From the human T2T-CHM13v2.0 reference genome, Homo sapiens: a DNA stretch of 64,000 nucleotides. Below are positions 52,310 through 64,000 of the stretch, piece by piece. Under the pieces are notes generated by a model. It was given only the letters and a program-made list of their open reading frames with translations, did no database searches and was not told where the DNA came from. The DNA lies in NCBI RefSeq assembly GCF_009914755.1, contig NC_060938.1. One strand, given 5' to 3'. The stretch's first letter is position 1. Each line of letters opens with the position of its first letter. A program made the translations under genes and the position numbers.

Positions 52310-53321
52310 TGACCAAATAATGTATGTCTTTTGTATAATCTGTAGCAGCTTGCATATTACCTTTCACAAAGCAGATGATCGATATCTACTAGTTGCATTA
52401 AAATTATATGGAATTAATCTTAATTGAGGTAGTTAAGACCTTGTATTCTGGGTGGGAATTAGAAATGATCATTTATAATACAGGCATTGGGACAAAGAAG
52501 AGTCAGTGACAGACTGCATGAAATACATTAAAGTTCATTAATCATTTCTAGTATTTTCAAGGTTTACATATGAAAAAAGTAGGAATAATATTGACATGTT
52601 ATAATAACAAAATAGCAATGTTTAATGGGAGAATCAATTTGTGGAAGAAGATAAATTTTATTTTGGACACCTTGAGAGCTTTAACAGCTAATAAAATATT
52701 GAAGTTGCTAGTTCATATTTCCAAATGCCTTGGGAAGTAGAAAGTAGATGAAAGTTGAAGTCTGAAGGTATGGAGTAGGATTCACTGTCATAAGCATAGT
52801 ATTGATGATGCTCATAATTAGGAATGGATACCATTCCAAAGGAAGGAAAACCAGCATTTGACAATATGATTGGCTACATATTCTAGGAAAAACCTACCAT
52901 AAACCCTAAGAAATTCTGGATACAATAAAATAAATAGAATTTAAAATACATTAATGAGCAACAAAGAAAGTGAAAGAAATTCACGGTTCAAAAAGGCTAA
53001 AAAGAGCTTGAAACTTAGTGTGAGAAAATGCTAAACTCACAGACTGTCCAAGGGCATCTCCTGAGAGCAGGAATCTAGATGCTTGGGTTTTTTAATGTTT
53101 ACAACCAGGGAAAGTGAAAAGCCTTCAGTCTGGCTCAAGGTAATAAGTCAAATCTGAGCCTTCTGGAGAAAGTTGGGTTACTTGAAGCGATATTCCCTCA
53201 ATAAAAAAAAATGTAAGCCAGAAAAGATTTCATCCGCTGGGAAAGAGAGGAACAGAGGAATCAGTTTGCCTTAGGTCTTGGTAGAAAGAAAAAATGAGCC
53301 TCCCTTCAAAATTCATAATGA

Positions 53322-53501
53322 GGCAGGCATGGTGGCACACGCCTGTAATCCCAGCTACTCAGTAGGCTGAGGCAGGAGAATCACTTGAACCAGGGAGTCA
53401 GAGGTTGCAGTGAGCCGAGATCGCACCATTACACTCCAGGATGGGCAAAAAGAACAAAACTCCATCTCAAAACAAAACAAAACAAAACAAAACAAAAAAA
53501 A
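53322..53501 (+). mobile_element. 5'-truncated Alu (right monomer, AluS-like) with (CAAAA)n tail
   Basis: Right arm only; TSD core cataatga (53314-53321, 53502-53509). Confidence 0.9.
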
Positions 53502-54210
53502 CATAATGATAAGCCTGCCCTCACATGGGTTGGAGATTTGAACATTTATTATCTTTGCATTCTAGTAGACCACAAGCAAAATTAATGTTTAAGGGTCTCC
53601 AGGCTGATAGTAGCCCAGGACGCCTGGCAGAAGAAACACAGATCCTGTGTGGAGATACGTTTTCTTAACCTAGGTTCCTCAGGATCCCTATAAATTAATA
53701 TCAGCCAAAGGAAAGCTTACAATAGAAAATTATCAAAAACTCAATTAAATAATGTACTAAAAATAAGAGCCAGTAGAAAAATAACCCATGGTCATCAGAT
53801 ATTGAAGAATCAGATACAAATTATTTTAAAGTATGCTTTAAATTTTGGGGGGGGGGGGTGAAAGATAATTAAAAATAAGAACAATAGAACAAGGTGTTTT
53901 CAAGAATTCACCAGGCACATTTGAAAAAGAACTCAAAATAACTTGTATAAATGAACAATGTAAATTTTGAACTTCAAAACTCAGCAGATTGGTTAAACAA
54001 TGGGTTAGACACAGCTGAAGGGAGAATTGAAGAACTTGTAAAAAAGATCTGAAGAAACTAAAAACAATGCAACATCTTTGAAATTTAAAAAAGTGTAAGA
54101 GACTTTGAGAACAGAATGATCAGGACACACATACATCTATTTGGAGTTTACAAAGGAAAATAAAACAGAGAAATGGAGAAGAGTTGACACAAAGAGATAA
54201 TAGCTTTGAA

Positions 54211-54834
<624 letters not shown>

Positions 54835-54847
54835 TCAGTGTCTATGA

Positions 54848-55240
<393 letters not shown>

Positions 55241-55321
55241 CCACACTTTAATTACATGGTAGGTAGTGAAATTTCAAAATGCCAGTGACAAAGTGAAAAC
55301 CTAAAATGCAGCTGGTGAGAA

Positions 55322-55400
55322 ATATATGTGTGTGTCTATATGTATATATATATATGTGTGTGTGTGTGTCTATCTATGTATAAGTAGATAGATAGACACA
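55322..55400. repeat. Compound (TA)/(TG)/(TAGA) microsatellite
   Basis: Directly visible. Confidence 0.85.
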
Positions 55401-56569
55401 CAAATGGGTAACAGACTGTCAGCAGATTCTCATCAGCAATCTTGGAAACACCAGTAGAGTAACATTTCCAAAGGGTTCAGGGAAGATAATGGTCAATCTA
55501 ACATAGATTGATATAATATATATAGATATTATATAGTTATATATAGATACAACCAATAATTATATCTTTGCCTAAACTTTCATTCAAGAACAAGAGTAAA
55601 ATAAAGATATTTGTAGACAAAAAAATAAAATAGGAAAACTTTAGTAGCAGCACTTTCTCACCAAAGGAAGACTTGAAGAATGTTTTTCAAGAAGAAAAAA
55701 GGTCAGCTCACGAAGTAGGATTGATATTTGAGAAGAAATGATAAGCAAATACAGTGATAAATATGTGGGTGAATACAAGTAATGACAGGATGTAAAATAA
55801 TTATAGTAATGTGAATAAGATAGGACTAAAATATTGTACCAAGATATGTTAGAAGATATGGAAGATATTTATTGAGAAAATTAAAAATTTAATTGAAAAG
55901 CATCAAAGAATACCTAATAAATGTAAATGTATACCATGTTCACAGATAGGAAGATGGAATACTAAATAGATATCCATTATCTCACAAAATTATGTATAAA
56001 TTCAGCAAAATTCAAGTTAAAATGCTAAAAGTGTTCTTTTTTTGGAACAGAGAAAGCCAATTCTAAAGTATATCTAAAAAAGTATGGTGCCATTAATAAT
56101 CAATATACTCCTTAGAAAGAAAATGTCAATGAGAAAAGTTAGGGAAGTAATTGGCTATAACAAAGCTTATTATAAAACTATAGCATTAATTTTGAATCCC
56201 ATGAAACTGACTTTTTACAGGTCCGAAACAAATATTGGCCATTTCTCATGATTTAAGCTCACAATAAAGATGTCATATGGTATTGGTACAGGAAAGACAA
56301 TAGATGAGGAAAATCCAGAATAGAGTGTATAGGGACAGATCCGTGCATATTTGGGAACATTGTCAGAAAGGCCATTATAGGTCATTGGGAGAAAATTAAT
56401 ACAGGGTACTCCATTAATTAATTACCTGATAGGAAAGTAAAGTCAAATTAGGTTTATTACCTAATACAATAAACAAAACTAGCTGCACATGGGTAAAACA
56501 CATACTTATAAAAAGCAAATATTAAAACTGGTAAAAGAAAATATAGGAGAAAGTCTTTACAAATATCTA

Positions 56570-57070
56570 TTTTCCACTCCTACAGTAATAAAATTTTCAT
56601 ATGGGCATATGGCTATCCAGAATAAAGACTACATTTCCTGACCTTTTTTGCAGGTAAGCAGCATCACTGGATGACAAAGTACTGGCCAATGAGATATAAG
56701 TGAACATATCCATAAAGCAGCTCCCAAGGACCTCCTTAAAAGAGATGGCACATGTACCCTAAAACTTAAAGTATAAAAAAAAAAAAAAAAGAGATGGTAC
56801 ACACACACTTTGCTCTTTTTTTCTGTTCCTTTGTCTACCTTTCTGCCTAGACTATGAGTACATAAGGGGCAAGAAGGCATCATAAGATGAGAGCAGAGAG
56901 CTTGAGAGAGCCTAGATCTCTGAAGACTGTATGGAGCAGAGCTCCCACACCACTCCAGATTGCCTGGCTTGAGACTTTCACATGAGAGAAAAAAATAAGC
57001 TTTTTTTCTTGTTTAAGTCACTATTATTTTAGGTCTCTATTCCTCACTGTCAAACCAAATGCTAACTGCA
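56570..57070 (+). mobile_element. MLT1G/F-like MaLR LTR
   Basis: ccagaataaagactacatttcct..ctggccaatgagatataagtg..catgagagaaaaaaataagc..cttgtttaagtcactattatttt. Confidence 0.8.
56749..56790 (+). mobile_element. Ultra-short L1PA (PA2/PA3-like) 3' terminus insertion
   Basis: cacatgtaccctaaaacttaaagtat+A16 is the L1PA 3' end; TSD aaaagagatgg (56738-56748, 56787-56797) at a TT/AAAA site. Confidence 0.9.
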
Positions 57071-58123
57071 ATTTGCAATGACATTTCGTCTCTCCTTATT
57101 TGATTTTCTTTTTTTAAAACCTGAAGTTCTGATTTCTAATCTCCTTACTTCAAAATAAGTGCAAGAGAGAAAAGCAGAATACATGGAAATAATTTTATAG
57201 AAACATTCATTTTTAATACACTAGATGAGAAGAGAGAACAATGAAAGAGAAAAAGCTGTAAGAGAAATGCCAAATGCTATTGAAATGTGAAGAGTGAGGA
57301 CTAAAAAAAAAAAACAAATAATAACTCCTGCATTTGTCTGGATTGCAAAGACATCACTGGTGACTTTAGAGAGCTACTTCCAAATAGTGACCAGGAAGCC
57401 AATGAACCAACACAGCATTCATGGGATTATTGGCACGTAAACATTATTTGGAGGCCTTCCAACTCAACACAAAACCAGGAGACAGACTCGTTTAGTGTTT
57501 CTGAGCTACAGGTGTAACTAAGTATACCGGAATTATCAAAACACAGAAATAGCCCTTACCCTCGATAAATTTTTGATGTCTTTTCCATAATCATGTTACA
57601 CACCTAATAGGAGCATGCCTGGTCTACTCTATCTGGTCACTAGAATGGCAACTGCCAATTCAATTGGAGTTCCATCTATCTCTCTCCTTAACTATATGAA
57701 GGAATCCTTTTTTTTCCCCTAGGCTTTAGAAGGTAACCATTGCATACCAAGGAATGAACTGTAAAGACTATTATTGGCAATATATTTATGTATGTTTATA
57801 TAAGTGTTTATGTGTAATGGAAAGTGACAAATCTCCTAAAGATATAACAAGAATATGAGACATATCTCATTCACCAATCTCTGTACAGAGGCCCTGAGCA
57901 CCAGAACAAAGGAAACAGAAGTGAATGCAGGCCACAGCTTTGAACTTTGCAAATTATGAGTACATATTCTTTGACATATCCAAGGAGTTGCTTTTGAAAA
58001 TGTGTGCATGAACTGAGAACACATATACCAGAAGAAAACTTTCCTTAAGAAGTAATGATAAAGAATGAATTTAGGGGATTTCAGTCATTACAACATATAA
58101 TAGCTTATATTCATATATCCTTA

Positions 58124-58451
<328 letters not shown>

Positions 58452-58910
58452 TTAATTAAAAATACATTTTAAAAAGAAGCATACTTAATTTGGTAGATTT
58501 AGTGATTCAGTAGTAGCGTTGACCAAAAAAATTAGTGTTGGGTTTGATGAAGAGTGTAGCTATTACAAAAGCGAGGGAGGTTTGTCTCCATAAGATGATC
58601 TTCTTGGAAATAGAGGACTAGCTTCCCCTATTGCCATCAGATGGCAGGAATTTTTTAAATTCCCCTTAAATTTACTTCACTTTACAGAAACTTTACTACG
58701 TCAAACGTTTACAATGCATTCCTTCTTCCCTTAGAATGAGTACAGCACTTAAACCTCAAACCGTAAAGGTAACAAAGGTAACCTATGAGGTATTAAAACA
58801 GAAACAGAAACACAAAAGGCACTAAAACCTGCCTGGTGGCTGAAGCAGAAATGCCTGATGAGTAACTTTCCTGCCACATTAGGTGAGGATGCTGCCTCCT
58901 ATGGCAGTGA

Positions 58911-59264
<354 letters not shown>

Positions 59265-60789
59265 ACCTCACACGTTTCTAAAGTGGATAAATCACGATTT
59301 TTACCTGATTACATAAATTGTATTAACTATACAGTGCACTCCATGCCATCCCATCTCTATGCTCCTTGAAAAAAAAAGTTGCCTTTTTTGACGGGAAAGG
59401 AAAAATATGTAGTAGGGGAGGTCGAAGCCAGGAGAGAAAACAGAAGTCAAATTCCCTTTTCTGAAGCAGGAATGGAAGAGGATGGGATCATGCTGTCACA
59501 GAATCCTCTCAGCCAAATCTCCCTGGTTTAGACCAGTTAATGTAACCACAATTTATCAAGAGGTACCTGGAATCTCTGCTACTACTCTGGAAGACCTAGG
59601 CAGCTTCACGACCCAGAATTGTTCCTCCTGAATATTTGAACTACAAAATGCAAATGTCGGCATGTGCTCCAAGTGGAGCTCTGCAGCAGGAATCTAATTT
59701 ATCTTCTACAGGTACACCCCTTAACCCAATGTCTAGATGTGCAGCCTCACCCAGGACATCTCATTAACCTTACAATCATCGCCTGCATTTTCCCAGTTGA
59801 AAGTTTTCAACTTTTTGGACTAGTCTGTGGCGGGGGGGGGGGGTTATTCCATGCCTCTGACTCTGTCTTCTTTTCCTTTTGGATCTTGCACAAATCAAGG
59901 CCATTATAGTTGACTAAGATGATTAAGCCATAGTGAATCCTCACCTATGTAAATCCAGAAAAGAATTGTGAATACCTTTAGAGAAAGTCCTAATAGAATG
60001 CCTTACTCTAGGCAATTCTATTATATAACTTCCTGAAATACTTATTTTAAGGGCTGAATGCTAGCTAGAAGACTCCCTTATTTTACAAATGCATTTTTTC
60101 TGTTTCTCCTCCAATATTTTTCTCAAGGTCCTTGGAGATAAAGAGCAAACCTTCAAGATTTTAAGCCTCAGTACATTTGAAGGTTATGTCAGGAACATTA
60201 GATATCTTTATGTTTGGATTTCTTATTTATCAACTACACTAAACTCTCATATTGTAAGAAACCATATTTTATATTATTTGTGTATACACATTATAATGTA
60301 GTGCCTTACAATAACTAGTGGCTTATCTGTGAACTAATGGGTGCTCAAAACATTCATCATTGGTTGTATTTTAGTTATTTCAATGTCTGTTCATTCAAGA
60401 GGGAGAAATAAAGAAAAAATTAAAACATAGCTCATATCCTCAGTTCTTTTACTGAATAGAATTCTGCCTTGTAAGGATGATTGACATAGTTTAGTGCCTT
60501 TGCATTTTGACTGATTTGTCCTCTTTAGTCACAACAACGGATACTTAGTAAATAATTGACTTTCTAAATGAAAAACCACCTATCTTCTCTATCTAAAGCT
60601 TGCCCATCCTTCTAGGTCAATCCAAGTCCCTTTAAACTCCACAACGTCACCTCTGAGAGCTCTATCCATAGGGCCCTTCCTTCCTCTGGGCCTGTCCTTA
60701 TCGAATGTATATATTAATACTAATCAAGGTATTCTTATATTCTTATTTAATGATTCTTATTAAGGAAGTTAAAAATAATGGCCACTAAG

Positions 60790-64000
<3,211 letters not shown>

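Overview
AT-rich, CpG-depleted primate (very probably human or great-ape) DNA with no CpG island and no recognisable protein-coding exon, tRNA, rRNA or CRISPR array. It is most consistent with deep intronic or intergenic sequence. A large fraction is transposon relic: about 12 Alus (J, S and Y, one nested), several old L1M elements (one with a twin-primed 5' inversion), a ~26-nt L1PA stub, many L2/MIR fragments, MaLR/ERVL solo LTRs (MLT1, MST, MER21, an intact LTR18A) and DNA-transposon MITEs (MER2, MER5, MER30, MER33, MER94, MER102). A ~5-kb repeat-poor stretch (16.2-21.1 kb) looks regulatory. Nearly all supplied ORFs are Alu/L1-derived or chance. I found no demonstrable novel biological system. 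The best leads are: (i) four short direct duplications 0.3-1.4 kb apart that look like locally templated insertions, including a 66-bp pair with block-wise conservation; (ii) an LTR18A with intact ARE/AP-1, PAR-bZIP and TATA motifs, a broken polyA signal and matching downstream splice sites; (iii) an ultra-truncated young L1 insertion; (iv) closely spaced inverted Alu pairs and several hairpin/cruciform motifs. Repeat family names come from recalled consensus sequences, not a database search, and boundaries of old repeats are approximate.
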